A DNA stretch of 63,056 nt, counting the filler, from Sluysia triapertura (lineage: Eukaryota): NCBI GenBank assembly GCA_046118255.1. It is 5 parts of 5 records of this genome, joined end to end, with 100 filler letters (N's around TTAATTAATTAA, not from the genome) between each part and the next. Parts side by side here need not be neighbours in the genome. Positions count along the whole stretch, not along the records: positions 14,275 to 26,510 come from JBJNIA010127186.1; positions 26,611 to 37,566 come from JBJNIA010190885.1; positions 37,667 to 52,165 come from JBJNIA010256852.1; 2 more parts are not named here. One strand, 5' to 3'. A program made the translations under genes and the position numbers. Each line of letters starts with the position of its first letter. The stretch's first letter is position 1. Below are positions 23,783 through 37,830 of the stretch, piece by piece. The notes beneath the pieces are model-generated. The model made no database searches. It saw only the letters and a program-made list of their open reading frames with translations, and was not told where the DNA came from.

Positions 23783-23966
23783 TTATTCATAAATATATAC
23801 TATTATCATTTTCATGATTAGTTATCTAATTTGGCCTTCACCAGTTGAGAGAAGTATTAAACTAAATCATTATATTGTATCTAACTATCAAACTGGCAAT
23901 TGATGAGACATCCAATTAATTGCATTTCTGCTTTACGTTTAGTCTCATTTAATTGGATGCCCAATC
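22998..23966 (+). mobile_element. Structured promoter cassette, copy D (internally deleted)
   Basis: Starts TGTGGTGGCCAAC. TTTACATCCACTAAAAC ~23168; GATCGTG..GAATTTATG ~23680-23709; (ATT)n; residual stem 23841-23896; inverted CATCCAATTAA/TTAATTGGATG 23909-23959. Confidence 0.82.
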
Positions 23967-25599
23967 ACCAACAGAACTTTAAAGTAATATTAAATTTTGA
24001 CTTAATTATTTCTAATTTAAACCAGATCCTACATTTACAATATCTTTATTTTTTTAGAATGACGAGACATACTCAGAAGTATAATTTTTACCAAAATTTA
24101 AATATTAACATTAGCTATTCGTGCACAATAAATACATTTAGTTTTTGTTTTTCTATTTTTTCGTTAAGTCATAAAGTTAAAACTAGTTTAATTGACAATG
24201 ATCATATTTTTATTAAACAAACTTTTCTAACACTACTAAAATTAAATAAATCTATTAAATTCATGAATTTACTTGAATGTAACAATTTTAAGCTAAAATT
24301 TGAGGTAATGTACTATAACATATGAATTATTTGGATAGTCTTGAGACGATTAAAAGTATTTTTGTCTCACAAAGGAAAATTTTAAAAAATTATTTTTGTG
24401 AATTAAAGTTAGGTTAAAATGGATGAAAAAGTTTATCATAATTTGTACTAATTGTACTTCGATAATTTGAGATTTATTTAATTAAATTAAGAAAAATTAA
24501 ATTATTTGAAAATTAAAGAATATTCTGTTTTTCGTTCTTGTTTGATGTATTTTCATTCTTAAATTTTCTAACTTCAGCGACACATTATTCTCAAATCTCA
24601 CATCGGCATTAATTTTTTTCATTGAATATTTCACAGATTTTCCGTCATTTTGATTTGTTTTTCTCTTAACCACCTCTGTCATTTCAAATGTTACGTCTTT
24701 TGTATTTGCTATCAATCTTCAACTCGACATAATTGTAATTTTTATCACGAACTCGTATCAGGCATCCCCAATTTACAAAAATAGGAAACCATTGCGAGAA
24801 TGATGACGAAAAAAATAGATTTAGAAGAGAAAAGGAATAAAAGGAAACAAAGGAAGAGATTAAAAAGAAACGAAATACTATTACAGTTACATTAACTCAA
24901 ATATAGGCAACATAAATGAATCAGACTCATCAAAATACAATAATAACGAAGTAGATTCGACCACTAGTAAAGAAACCAAGTTAAACATCAGTGATGAATT
25001 AAATTTAGTATCAGAAAGTGAACATAAACCAATACTTGTATTTGTTAATGAAGATAGAAAATAAATACTCAATAATCAATTGTAAATAAATAAGTTAGAT
25101 TTAAATCACGGCATTACAAATATTGATGCGAATGTGGATGATTTATTCAATTCGGATTTAAATATAAGAGACGGGATGACAGTCAATCAAGTTTAGGACA
25201 AGAAGAATATAAAACAATAAGCCAGCTATAAAAATGTGAAATATCCAAATTGTAAATGAATGTTAAGATGATAAATAATAATTCGATAAATGATAATATG
25301 GAATTGTCAGTTACTACAAAGGTTGAGGAATATGGAAAAGTTTTGTTACACTTATTTGAGGAGTAGTTCTCCTGAGGGATGTGTCCCATAATGTGTTTAG
25401 GAAAAAACTTCTTACTGACCATTTAGAGGTGTAAAGTTTTTGAATATATGATTCTTGAAGGCATTCAAGAATAATTATAATCTTAGATTTAATAAGTGAT
25501 CTAACGAAATTTTTCTTAGTCGGAAGAACAATGAGTTTGTTCCCATCTTTAATTCTTGTCAGTCCAATTAATGTGTTCAAGATATTATAGGATATTATT

Positions 25600-26500
25600 T
25601 TTGTATGATCCATACTAACACGTAAGCGTATAGTTTCGAATATTTTAATATGTAAAGGTTACTGTCTGAGTATGAGAAATTCTCTATTAGAACTGTTTTT
25701 AAAACCTTGTTGAATTTAAAGTTTTGAGATGCTGAGGCTATATTTTGCCCTTGGGCTCCATAACAACCAACTCTATTCCTTACTATAAGGTATATAAAAT
25801 TTAACTTATTATCCGTTAGATACATAAATAACTCGGAAATACTAATGACATAAGAATTTATTACTCTACATATAACAATTAATTTATGATAGTATTTATA
25901 TAAAAATTAAGACTGTCACTTTCTTCTGCGGTTTTATCGCCCCATGGTGGATATTGTCGAATTTCAGGGATCCTGGACCTAAACACTTTAACTAAATAAA
26001 ATTTTATTATATATATTAACTCAAGCCTTACTCTGAAACAGTTAATTTTGCACGAATTGGATCAGCAAACTTCTGAATCGTCTTAAACACTAATTTACGA
26101 CATAAAATTTGTTTGTTATAAGTTCTTTCCAAAGTTTTTGGTTTGGTCTTTTAGATTCATCAATTAATTGAATTTGACAAGAATCATTTGACCGACGTCT
26201 AAAATAAAGTAGCGATCTCTTGGAAGTACAATATTGATGATATAAACTTGATGATATAAACTTGACATACTGTTAGACAGGATTGTTACTTTAACTTCAA
26301 ATTTACCCATTAAAAATAGGTCAACTGAAGAGTCGAATACGATCTTGATATTAACGTTGACATAACTTTGATAACCAGAAGAGTTATAATTGTGAAGAGT
26401 TATAATCGCAAACATGGTTTACGTAGCATTTCGAAATTTAACGTATTCTCAGATGATAAGTTTGCATGCATAACTATTAAAGTGACAGTTGTTACCGGTT
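25600..26500 (-). CDS. Possible spliced gene fragment, unknown function
   Basis: Minus-strand exons with short GT-AG introns (TIQKFADPIRAKLTVSE|SRIPEIRQYPPWGDKTAEE) flanked by ORFs 26164-26415 and 25595-25825. Confidence 0.35.
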
Positions 26501-26510
26501 TTACTAATCT

Positions 26511-26610
26511 NNNNNNNNNNNNNNNNNNNNNNNNNNNNNNNNNNNNNNNNNNNNTTAATTAATTAANNNNNNNNNNNNNNNNNNNNNNNNNNNNNNNNNN
26601 NNNNNNNNNN
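26511..26610. other. Artificial gap linker
   Basis: N44-TTAATTAATTAA-N44. Confidence 0.97.
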
Positions 26611-27130
26611 TCATTATCATACTGTGAAGCAACAATTAACGATCACACATTATACACTTAGTAATCGTTGCTCCTTCACAGTACATTTCTCTTTTTTACT
26701 TTTATTTTTATGTCAGAAGGAGTAAGAACAAAGAGAAAGATCGTGTAATTATGCTCAAGATTTTATGCGAAATTTATTCAGGTAATAATAATAATAATAA
26801 CAAAGTTATTGTTGTTATCGTTATTATTATTACTAACATTTGTACTAATAAATATTTAATAATCCAATTTCGTTAAAATAGTCACGACCGTCATCGGTAT
26901 TAATTCTAGTCATCAAAAATGTCAGCAAAACGACACCATAGATGACGGTGGTTATTACATTACTAATAATGAAAATTAATTTTTCTGAACCAATCAGAGT
27001 GCAAATGGTTTTAAATATTTTAAAACACTCTGATTGATTCAGCTAACGTGTATGTATGAACTAATTTCAACGCCAATCAGAGCACAGCTAACTAGATCAC
27101 TAAATACAAATATCAACGCTCCGATTGGGC
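26611..27130 (+). mobile_element. Structured promoter cassette, copy E (5' part lost in the gap)
   Basis: Hairpin ACTGTGAAGCAAC..GTTGCTCCTTCACAGT 26621-26682. TATGTCAGAAGG..AAGATCGTGTAATT..TTTTATGC. AAT/ATT hairpin. Stem 26877-26956. Two inverted CCAATCAGAG pairs, 26985-27042 and 27073-27128. Confidence 0.85.
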
Positions 27131-27212
27131 AAACAAACATAAAACCAGGCGAGATTAAAAATAGAAACTCAAATTGAGCATAGAATCACAATTAGAAATT
27201 TAACCGATTTAT

Positions 27213-29516
27213 ATGAGTACAATTAGAAGTTAAAAAATTATCCAAATTTACAGTTACAATTTGAAGTTTAAAAATTTAGTAGATACTGGTGAAATTTCCA
27301 AATTCAATCTAAGTGGTGATACATTATTAAAGCTTTAATGTTATCATTTAATTGTCATACAAATTATATTTTAAAGAATTTTAATACTAATTTGTTTCAT
27401 GGAATGTTTGATAATGCTAAACAATTACGGCTTCCGAATTCAATTTTAGTAGATTCACAAAAAGTTGTTATTGATATATTTAGTGAACGAGTTATGAGTA
27501 TTGGAGAAAGTATACGTCTTGCTAAACAGGTATCAGAAACATGTTACATAAATAGTTCACCAAAAGATCCTTTTCAATTGTATAATGTTAATGTGCATGA
27601 AAATTTATCATTATTCAATTATGAGGCAAAGCATATATCTGAAATTACAGTTCATGTTATAAATGAAAAGTGTACTAATATATTTCCTTATCAATTAGAT
27701 AAAATCATTTATTGTTTTGTGGATTCGGATAATGTTTTCAAGCAAGGGTATTACGATCCAGAATATATATTTATAATGAAACGATTATCTTACGAAAGTG
27801 ATGAATTGAACTGTTTTAGAATGGCTAACAAGTTAGATGAGGCAAAAGAGAATTTCATGGATGAACAAAGTTCAGAACCTCATAACTTACCTGCAAATTA
27901 TTTGGTGATAATATTGGCTGTGTCGACACGGATACAACAAGATTCAAGTGATTATGGACATCATAGAAAAGTTATGATGATTTCATATTATAGCGTAAGA
28001 GGATCTACATTTTTGAATTTTAGAACCAATCCATTCAAAGAAACTGTGAGTGTAACAAATCAAGCGATTTTGGAATTCATAACGAACAGAAAGTTATCAA
28101 TTATTACTTGGCATATACAAAGAACATCTATAAGTGTACAATTATCTTATTATCAGTCAAAGGCAAAATGTCCTCACTTCAAATTGTTACCTTGTGTAGT
28201 CAGTGATCAATATTCTTTCTTACAAAATATAATGAGAAATGTGGTATTATCAAACGTGAAAGATACTAAAATAAAAGAACGAAACTCCACGTGGACAATT
28301 CCGTTTGATACCTCAAGGATGTTTACATTCCAGTTAAATGTTAGTGTTAAATTTTATCATTTTTCCAGTGATCAAAAATATGTCATCAATAGACCTCTTT
28401 TTCTTATTCCCGTCGATGAATATTTTAAAAGCTTTGAAGGTGTTATTCCTACCACGACACATACGTTCGAATACAGTCATATAATGGATACAGTTTGGAT
28501 ATCACGACACGGGACGGCCAAATATAGAATCTACAAAGAAGCTGAGTGTAAATAAAAATTTATTCTATATAATAGATTTTCATTGTTCTTATTTAGTTAA
28601 TGTTACCTTTATTATAATTTTTTTGATGAATAACAATAATTTGAAAGTTAGAGATGAATTTATAAATGATTATTGTACAAAAGTTCTTAAGTTGAAGAAA
28701 CAAACATACGTTGATCGTTATACCAATAATAATAATATTCATGATCAAGATTTGAATACAACGCTGATCTTAATTTTAAATGATACCTTTAATCAAAAGT
28801 ATAATGAAGGAACTTTAAAAATGCTAAGCCTAATGTCAGAACGACATGAAACCAATTCTGCATATGCATACTTAGTTTTCAAACCACTTATATATACTTG
28901 CTACAATACTAAAATAAAAACGACGCCCTCAACCTTAAGTCTATCTTATTCTTACGAACACACTACACTACCCCCCAAATACGAAATGTGTTACAATAAT
29001 AACGAACAGCTTGAAATTGTGGCAAAATTAAAGTATGCTTATCAAAATGAACTTTTTTCTGTGATAATAGGGGATTAGATTTTATTATTGGTGTTATTCC
29101 ATTCATCATAGAAATGATATCACGTGGATCTTCTATAATTTTATCGGCCAGTTCAGAGCCTGCAATTAATGATATAACTCATTCTGAAATGGTTATACTA
29201 GTCAAATAATTATCCACCCAGTCACAAATTTTAGAAAATGCTCTCAAGACTAATAAGTTAATACTAGTTCCTAATGGACAAATGTCTTGATTTGAGATTT
29301 ATTTCAAGAAGGCTAAATTCGGTTTGTCAATATACCAGAGTTGATTTGGTACTAATTCAAGGCATAGCCCGTGCTATTCATACTAATCTAAACGCACGAT
29401 TTAAGGGTGATTCATTAAAATTAGCCAGTATCAAAAAAGCATGGCTAGCAAATAGATTGGGAGGAAGTGTATTTAGTGTGGTCTTTAAATATGAAAACGC
29501 GATATCATTACAATAG
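27213..29516 (+). pseudogene. Chimeric cargo gene: TRMT10/Trm10-like SPOUT fragment + unknown middle + PANK4/DUF89 phosphatase C-terminus
   Basis: KVVIDIFSERVMSIGESIRLAKQVSETCYINSSPKDPFQLY..IFPYQLDKIIYCFVDSDNV resembles Trm10. Intron 28548-28596 joins ORF 27338 to ORF 28623 in frame. From ~29054: FFCDNRGLDFIIGVIPF..RG..PAINDITHSE..CLDL..DLVLIQGIARAIHTN..SLKLASIKKAWLANRLGGSVFSVVFKYE, matching the PANK4 C-terminus. Frameshifts near 29055 and 29280; stop at 29207. Confidence 0.8.
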
Positions 29517-30343
29517 AATTATTATTAAACTTTAATTTTTCATTGTTACTTATATGTAAAATAGCAATGCTGTTTTTGCCCTATAATAAGATTTAAAATT
29601 TTGTATTGTTTTTTCTTTGTTTTTGAATGTTTATTTGAAGTTATAATATATATTATGGTTTTAGGAAATAAAAATTACAAAAAAATAAAATTAAATAAAA
29701 AAATCAATAATTTGTTTTTATGGCACGTTAAAAGCAGTAAACACTGTTTATCTTATATTTATTGTTATTGTATTTCGAAATTTTTATTATTCAATATATG
29801 GAGATACAGGCCTTATTTGTGTTAATTTAGGATCGAATTAGTTAAATCAAGTCTACAACGGTTCTCCGGCAGCTATTTTAGAGTTTTTATGGCACATTGT
29901 TCTTATTGGATGTATACAAGATATAAACTCTTATTTACGTCAAGAAATCTTCGAATAGAAAAAATCTGGTGGAAATACTGATGATGTTAAAGAATTATCA
30001 CCAGATGACATTAATGAAATGTGTTAATTTTCATTTAGCAAAAAGTGGTTTGAGACACATGATAAAGGGTTTTGATGATTTCGAAGATTGTATTACTTAT
30101 GCTCATTTAACGTGCCGAATTGCTCCTAAAGAACTAAAAATACAATGATTATGCCTGTACTATGACTAAAGAAAAATTTTCTGAAAACCCATGTTCAAAA
30201 ATTATAGAAAATTTAAAACTTTTAAATGCAGATACATTTTCAACTGAAGATGATTTTCTTAATTGTGCTTATAGAAAAGAAACATCAATTAAACTTCATT
30301 ATAGTGATTTAAACTTCATTATAGGACATTTATATGTTTTCTC

Positions 30344-30860
30344 TGTGGTGGCCAATCTATTTCCCTAATGAGTTTTATAAAAAAATTACATAAACTTTCA
30401 CTAACCTAATAATCATTCTCAAAATCTGCAAATCACATTCAAAAATCAAAAGAAAACAACAATAAACTAAATCAACACATTGTACATAAAACCATACTCT
30501 TAAACATTTTAACATTCTCATGTTTGTCTCTTTTACATCCACTAAAACATCCTTTTACATAAGTTTTATTCAACACAACTTTTACTCCCAAAATCTACAA
30601 CCTTGTAAGACATAAACTATAGTGACATTCAGTACCATCAAATTACATTAAAAATTCATTCAAAATATTTTGTTTTTCATTTCTTAACTATTTAATCACA
30701 ATCGCGTTCGAAATTAATCAACAGACATCTCCAAAACAATTCAAACATTCTAAATCAACGATCTTGTACCATTAGATCTTAACAATCATTCAAGACACAT
30801 TAATAAAAATTTAATGGTCAGTGAAAAATACTGACACATTATTATTATAATTATTATTAT
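30344..30860 (+). mobile_element. Structured promoter cassette, copy G (5' C/A arm only)
   Basis: TGTGGTGGCCAAT start; TTTTACATCCACTAAAAC ~30531; C/A skew; no hairpin/CCAAT half. Confidence 0.75.
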
Positions 30861-30961
30861 TAAAAATTGAGAGTTGACAACAGTTATAAAATTGATCTTG
30901 GATTTTGAATATGTTCATGAAGTGTGGCGGCTATAAACAGTTTTATGTCAAAACTAATAAT

Positions 30962-31260
30962 GATAAAGATGATAATGTCCAGTTATAAATACTCAAGATG
31001 ATCAGAATAAAGTTGATGATGTTAATTGTAACAACTATCAAAAAATGCAATTATAAAGATATGTTTAACCTGATTGACAACAGTAAAGATGATAATGTTC
31101 CAGTTACAAATGCTCAAGATGATCAGAATAAAGTTGATGATGTTAAATATAACAACTTTCAATTATGTAATGCTAAAGATAAATATAACTTGATCCACAA
31201 CACTAAAGAAGACAATGTTCTAGTTATTAATGTTAAAGATGATCAGAGGAAATTAATGGT
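30962..31260 (+). repeat. ~120-bp (40-codon) tandem repeat x3, Asp/Asn-rich coding-like
   Basis: AAAGATGATAATGT..CAAGATGATCAGAATAAAGTTGATG units start at ~30965, 31085 and 31205. Confidence 0.8.
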
Positions 31261-31368
31261 GATAACTTCAAAAACTTTCGAGCATATAATTTTGAAGATC
31301 AGCATAACGCGATTAGTAATCGTAGAAATGACGATTTCCAAAATAACAATCTCGAACATTACAGTGGA

Positions 31369-31539
31369 GAAGTCAATAATGCCGAAGTCAATAATGTCGA
31401 AGTCAATAATGCCGAAGTCAATAATGTCGAAGTCAATAATGCCGAAGTCAATAATGTCGAGGTCAATAATGCCGAAGTCAATAATGTCGAAGTCAATAAT
31501 GCCGAAGTCAATAATGCCGAAGTCAATAATGTCGAAGTC
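31369..31539 (+). repeat. 15-bp minisatellite GAAGTCAATAATGYC, ~11 copies ((A/V)EVNN)
   Basis: Direct tandem units, mostly alternating GCC/GTC. Confidence 0.95.
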
Positions 31540-33898
31540 GAATATTATGATGCTAAAAATGATATCCCTAATGATAACAAAGATAACAGTGTTGGAGATT
31601 ATGTTACACAAACTAAGAAGAAGGAAGATATAAATGATCAAGTTAACAACAATAAAAAACATGATGATTCCTTTTACTGCAACGAAGATAACATCCATGA
31701 ACTCGAACAGTACAAAGTTGATTTTTTTACTGTTTATAAAAATAATATATGTCTGCATGAATTTTATGATGATAAATTAATTGTATTTAATTTTCTTAAT
31801 GATAATAGTGATATTCATAAAAGTAATAAAAATAAATCCATGTCTTTTGAAATGTACACACTATAATATTATGATTTTGTTCATTTAATGATTATAAACG
31901 TGACGACTCTAGATTTAACGATAATGAGCATGAGTATTACATGTTCAACAATCAAAAATTTGTTCGTATAGCTGCCCTGTGTCCAGCTTCTACCGACAAC
32001 AAAGGTATTTGCTTAATGCGTCGAATGTTCTCTCGATACGCTCATTCTGTTCATGAATTGACGATCAGCAAAGAAGGTGAAGCAACTTACAATATACACT
32101 CACAAAGAATTACAGAATTACTAAAGAATATTACAGTTGTCTCTACTACATTTTCTAGCACTATTCTAACGGACAACAAAATCAAGGTAAATAGTTTTAA
32201 CTTTGATATCTTTAATGTTATCTATTGTTTTTATTATCATTTTTTATAGTGAGTGAAACCACAAGAAAAAGGATCATACATGGGAGTGTAATATTAAAAT
32301 TAAAATTAAAATTTTTTGTAAATAAAGTTTTATGGTGTTATTCTCAATCTTTGTCTAGAAAGAATATAATAATCAGTTTAGAATTGAAAATTTTAAATCA
32401 AAATATTTTAATAAAACTTAGTTATATAATTCATAAAAATAATTATAAATTAAATTTAAATTTTAAACACAATCATAACTTAAAAATCATAAACATCATT
32501 AACTTTTCACAACATTCTCTCTATATTTTGTTGTATTAATAAACTGTTAAATTTTGTTGTTGTTTGTTTAAAATAGTTATTTTTTAAAGGCCTTAAGCCT
32601 AGTTTAGTAATTAATAAGTTTAATTTTTCGTTAACTGTTTTAAAATTTCATTTTTCTAATAATTGTTTACAAAGAAAAGAAATAAACAAAAATAATTATA
32701 ATTTGATAATTTTAACCTATAAAAAGCCCTCCCCACAATTCTTTATAACAGCAGCGATAAAAATTATTATTTATAACAATACGAATGACAAATATTAGCC
32801 AGGGGTGACATAATTTATTTAAATACTCATCCGTATTGATACAAAATATAATCAATATAAAATAATTCATTAACCCTTATTCCTCGAAATACTTATTTTA
32901 ATCAATTACTAAAGAATAAGCCTCCATATCACCGTTAACCACAGATGAATCAAGGCAGCGTCTCTACATCTAGAAAGTTTTCTTTGGTTTTCTTAATTCT
33001 TGTCTCTATCGCTTTTCACTTTTAATTTTCTTGTAGAAATGTAATTGCTTATATAGTAGTTTTATGATAATTAGAGAAATTAAAAATCAGTAATTTGTCA
33101 ACTAAATTTAAAGATAAATTTAATGAATAAATAAATTTGTTTCTCACAGTAATTTTTTGCATAACCGTACGCATAATCTTTTGCGTCAACCGTACGTTGC
33201 TCATCAAGTTCAATATTTGAATTAGTTTCTCTGTAAGCATCAATTTGATATACACTTTATTAATACTTAGATATTGGAACATATTTAACTTTAATTTTAA
33301 AGTATAAAAATTAATTAAAATAACTAATTTTTACGTTATCTACGTCGTCTACTTCATCATTAAAATATTAATAAAACTCAATATTATATACTAAATCCAA
33401 TGTTACTATATCATAAGCAAACATTTTATTGACTTATCAAATTAAACAAATTTTAATTAAATTAATTAACTTTAATATTTTAACAAATAAAACATTGTTA
33501 AAGGTTATTTCTTCATATTTCTCATTACTTTGTTTTAATTCAAGTATTTTATATGCTTATTTTACCATTACAATTCATCATAATACTTTATCGATCTTTA
33601 TTTTTCACTAATCCCAATATATAAATCGATTTATTGATTCAAATATATTTGTCTTATTAATTTGAAAGGAATATTTTGAATTGATTTCTTATATATTTTA
33701 TCAGGAAATTTTATATATATATATAAGTCAGTGTCTAAAAATAAATATGTAATATGTGTTCATTTCTAAATGTCTGTATTATTGAAATAAATAAATAAAA
33801 TATGTATGTCTAAAATCAAATGTAATATGTGAGTAGTTTTATAATTTAGTTAAAAATAGTTTTTATTATAAATGACCTAATTACTATTGGTATTATTA

Positions 33899-33930
<32 letters not shown>

Positions 33931-36900
33931 GTTATTTATTGTTATTAACAATATTATGATTATTATTATTTTTAAAATCATTATCAATGTTATTTTAAAA
34001 TTCTTTTAATGAATCAAATTTTACACATCTCAATCGGTCAAGGTAAAATTAAAAAATATATAAATAGACAAAATATTCACAAAAATCACACAACATTGTA
34101 ATCACAAGTTCTTTATAAACACTCAACACAAGAATTGTTTTACAAAAATTATCGCAGCTTTATCAAACGTATTTTAGAAGATTCAATATTTGAATTACTT
34201 ATTCGACTTTCTCGACAAATCAGTCAATCCACGGATTATAATTTTTTTGACAAATTTCATTCTGTTAACCGTTAATTTGAATTTTATAAGTTTTATAATT
34301 ATTTTTAATTGATTGAAAATTATATACTTAATTTATTTTTTATTATTTTTATCCCCCTTTTTAAGAGGTGAGGAAATATTTAATAACATATACATTAATC
34401 TAGATAAAATTATTATTTATGTTATCATATTCTTTGTAAAAAGTTCACTAATATTTTATTATACGTTTGTCAATTTATTAATATATCATTTTTTATCTCT
34501 TGCTAAAATAAGGTCGCCGATTTTAATCTGACGTAAAATAGAGGTAATTTATAGTTAAAGAATAGATTTGTATTTAAGGCTCACCGTTTTTGAAATACGG
34601 TTGAAAAATATAACTTAAAATAACATTTGTATTTAAATTAAACATAATAAAAGTTTTTAACTGTAGTGTGAGTATTTTTGATTAACATTTAATAACTTCT
34701 TAAAAGAGCCAAAATTAGCATCGCATAAACCACAACAAATTTTGCCCAAAAATATATTCGATTTAACATAAACATACTTATACCTCCATATAAGTTCTTC
34801 TAAAATACTGCTTACAACTTAGCCCTTAAGTGAATAAGTCTAAAATTGTAAGGGACTCACATGTATAATGCAAGCAATAATACTGAATTTGTGTTGTATT
34901 TGTGATGAAATTCACCATAAAATTACAAATATAAAAAATTACACTTCTAATCAAATTCTAAATATTATTCTTGACTCATTCTACATTTTTGAAAATAACG
35001 ACATTTCATCCAATCAAGTGTTTCTGTCACATTTCAATTTATGTGCTGTTATTTCCGTTGAATTCATACATTTTGATCATATTTTGCCATTTGTTATAAT
35101 CATGGATTAAAAATTAAATTATCATCAACGATGAGTGACGCAAAAAATTATGAAACAATTATCATTTAATAGAAATGAAGCTACTTTTTATTTGTTGTTT
35201 TCTTTATAGTACTTACATTAATGAAATATGATGATGTAACTCAGTATTTATCTGAATCAAGCTTATTATTATTTACTTGTATTAGTATTGGTTTCCGTTT
35301 AAGATTACTTAATTATGATGATAGTAAGCAGGTTATTAATACAACACTCAGTAGTTCTGAAATTTGATTTCTAAATAAATTATCTAAATAAATAAATTAT
35401 TTACGTCTAATATTATCGGTATCCTTATCTTTGCAATAATTTCAAAAATTCTTAGTTTTATTCTTATTCTTTTTTTTCGTTGTCATTTTTAATATTTTTG
35501 AATTTATTTTCCAGTTTTCATAATTTGATGATAGTCTTATTATTTTGATTACTAATTGCATCAATTTATCCTGTATCTGTTTTAGCTATCTTTAATGATA
35601 ATGGGTTAAAAAATTTGTATTATTTGGTCAGTAATTATTAAATGATGCATTTATGGTTTTGTATAATGTTTTACAACAAATTTTTTCCATTCAATCATTA
35701 TAATTTTTCTCCCCTTTCTGTGATGTTATTTAATGACAATTTATTGATCAAGGACTTTGTTAGATTTATATTTTTGTTTAGTGTTTAATAATTTTTTGTT
35801 GTTTTGATTGGTCGTTTAAACTTTGTTAATTTAATTTCGTCAGATCTTAAGCCGGCTTTAAAATTCTCAAAATTAAAATCGCATTACTTTTATTCTAAAG
35901 ATATTTAAGATTTACTAATCCAATGAAAGAAGTCAGTCTATGAAACCAAATAGCTAATTATAATGAAAATATATGTAAAATCTTACGATAATGTTCATTT
36001 TCTTTTTGATAGGCTCACTATTTAATGCATTTTAAGCATTTTATTTATAAATAGAATAAGAATTTAATATTAAAATTAAAAATAATGTTTTTTTCAATTT
36101 TAAATTAATTATAATTTATAATTATAGACATTGTTAAATTCATTTGTTCGCTTGTAATCGTGCTTATAGTGAATATATATATTATGTTATTATAATTATT
36201 CTTATTGTACAGTTTTCTTTGCATTTTATTGAAAAAATAAATAATTAATAATTAATAAATAATTTAAAATTTAATTTTATTTTCAATGTCTTATTGCATG
36301 TATGTAAACAATAAGATATGTAAACATATTTGGTTAAAACATACTCGAATTATGTTTTTGAATCAAAAAGACTTAAGATTGAACCACATACCCAATGAAT
36401 TTGTCTTAGTCTTCTTTTTTGTTCCTCAAATTTATATTACGTTCAAGTTTTCATTTGAAATAATACTCCACACAAATTAAGTAATCATCACATTTAAAAA
36501 ACAAAACATTAAACTAAATATACAATCAATTAAATACTTAAACAGTTCAAAACATAAGGTCCTTAAAACTTAAAATTTACCGCAAGTAACAATTGAATAT
36601 AGCTATGAAATGTCTCTAAACGCGAATTTAGTTTTCTTTTTCTTTTCTTTCCTCTTCTTCGTAGTTTGCCTTATTCGTTTTTCTTAACAAAACTAAGCAG
36701 AAACAATTGGACTGAAATATTTCTTAGCAACAACGTCTTTGATACTATTTAATATCAGAACCGCGAAACAGTTACATTAATAAATATCGTACTAATTTTA
36801 ATATGGATTATTATAATCAGACCAACTTTATTTCTATAGAAAATCGTCAACATTTTTATCTATCGTTTTATACGAATACCCATTTTTATCGACATGTTGT

Positions 36901-37319
36901 TTCATTTCAACCCAATGTTGAAAAGCGATAATCATCAGCCTTAATAGTCATTGATCTACAGGACAATAAAAAGTTAAATATTCAAGCATTTTCGCAAAAG
37001 AATAAAACGAAGAAAACTAAAAATTACAGGCTATTTGATGAAATACAGACAATGCCCAAAGAGAATTTGTTAAACAATAGTTTAAAATCAGTAGTTTATT
37101 AGAAGAAATGTAGTTAAAACCTCCAAAAAAATTAGTAAAAGAAAAGTCCTTAGAAAAATTAAAATTTATGAATATACATTTATGCATTATTGTGATCTGT
37201 GGTGATAATAATAGATGAGATATAAAATTAATAATAATCAAAATAATAACAATAATAATTAGAATTTAGAGTAACAACAATAACACAATATTAATAATAA
37301 TAGTATTAGAAAATCAGCA

Positions 37320-37566
37320 CGTAAACTTTCTGTATTATTAATAAAGAAACAACTAAACTTACTGTTCATTCATTGATAACTAGCATCATAGATTTTAACA
37401 ATAGTTTGTTGTATTCAATTTCAATTAATAATTAATCAATCAGCAAGACTAATTCTCGAAGTGGGAAGAAGATCTCATGTAACACCTTTTCTTAAAGAAT
37501 TACATTGGTTGCCAATAAAAGCAAGAATAGAATTTAAAATTATGACAATAATTTACAAATGCTTAC
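37320..37566 (+). mobile_element. L2/CR1-type LINE ORF2 C-terminal fragment
   Basis: KLTVHSLITSIIDFNNSLLY..NQSARLILEVGRRSHVTPFLKELHWLPIKARIEFKIMTIIYKCL: the L2 HxTPxLxxLHWLPxxxRIxFK signature. Confidence 0.88.
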
Positions 37567-37666
37567 NNNNNNNNNNNNNNNNNNNNNNNNNNNNNNNNNN
37601 NNNNNNNNNNTTAATTAATTAANNNNNNNNNNNNNNNNNNNNNNNNNNNNNNNNNNNNNNNNNNNN
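37567..37666. other. Artificial gap linker
   Basis: N44-TTAATTAATTAA-N44. Confidence 0.97.
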
Positions 37667-37830
37667 AATATAAGTTGGTGAGGTGTTATGATTGTAAATT
37701 ATTATTTTATGAGATCTGTGGTGTTGTGATTCTGGATTAAGGAATATGACTGTTAAGAAAGTTGTTTTTTGACAAGTTTTGGTTTGGAGGTATTAATTTT
37801 AATTTTAAGTTATTAAAGTTGACCACTACA
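37667..37830 (-). mobile_element. Cassette 5' terminus, copy H (rest in the gap)
   Basis: GTTGACCACTACA at 37818-37830 (= TGTAGTGGTCAAC on -), preceded by G/T-rich sequence. Confidence 0.75.

Noticed and set aside
31369-31539. CRISPR-like array (also 40550-40660)
   Set aside because: Contiguous tandem units with no unique spacers; eukaryotic context; no cas genes.
31243-31758. Minus-strand ORF with DIIDFGIID repeats and the + ORF with KSIMP repeats
   Set aside because: Alternative-frame shadows of the 15-bp minisatellite; the Asn/Asp-rich + frame fits the flanks better.
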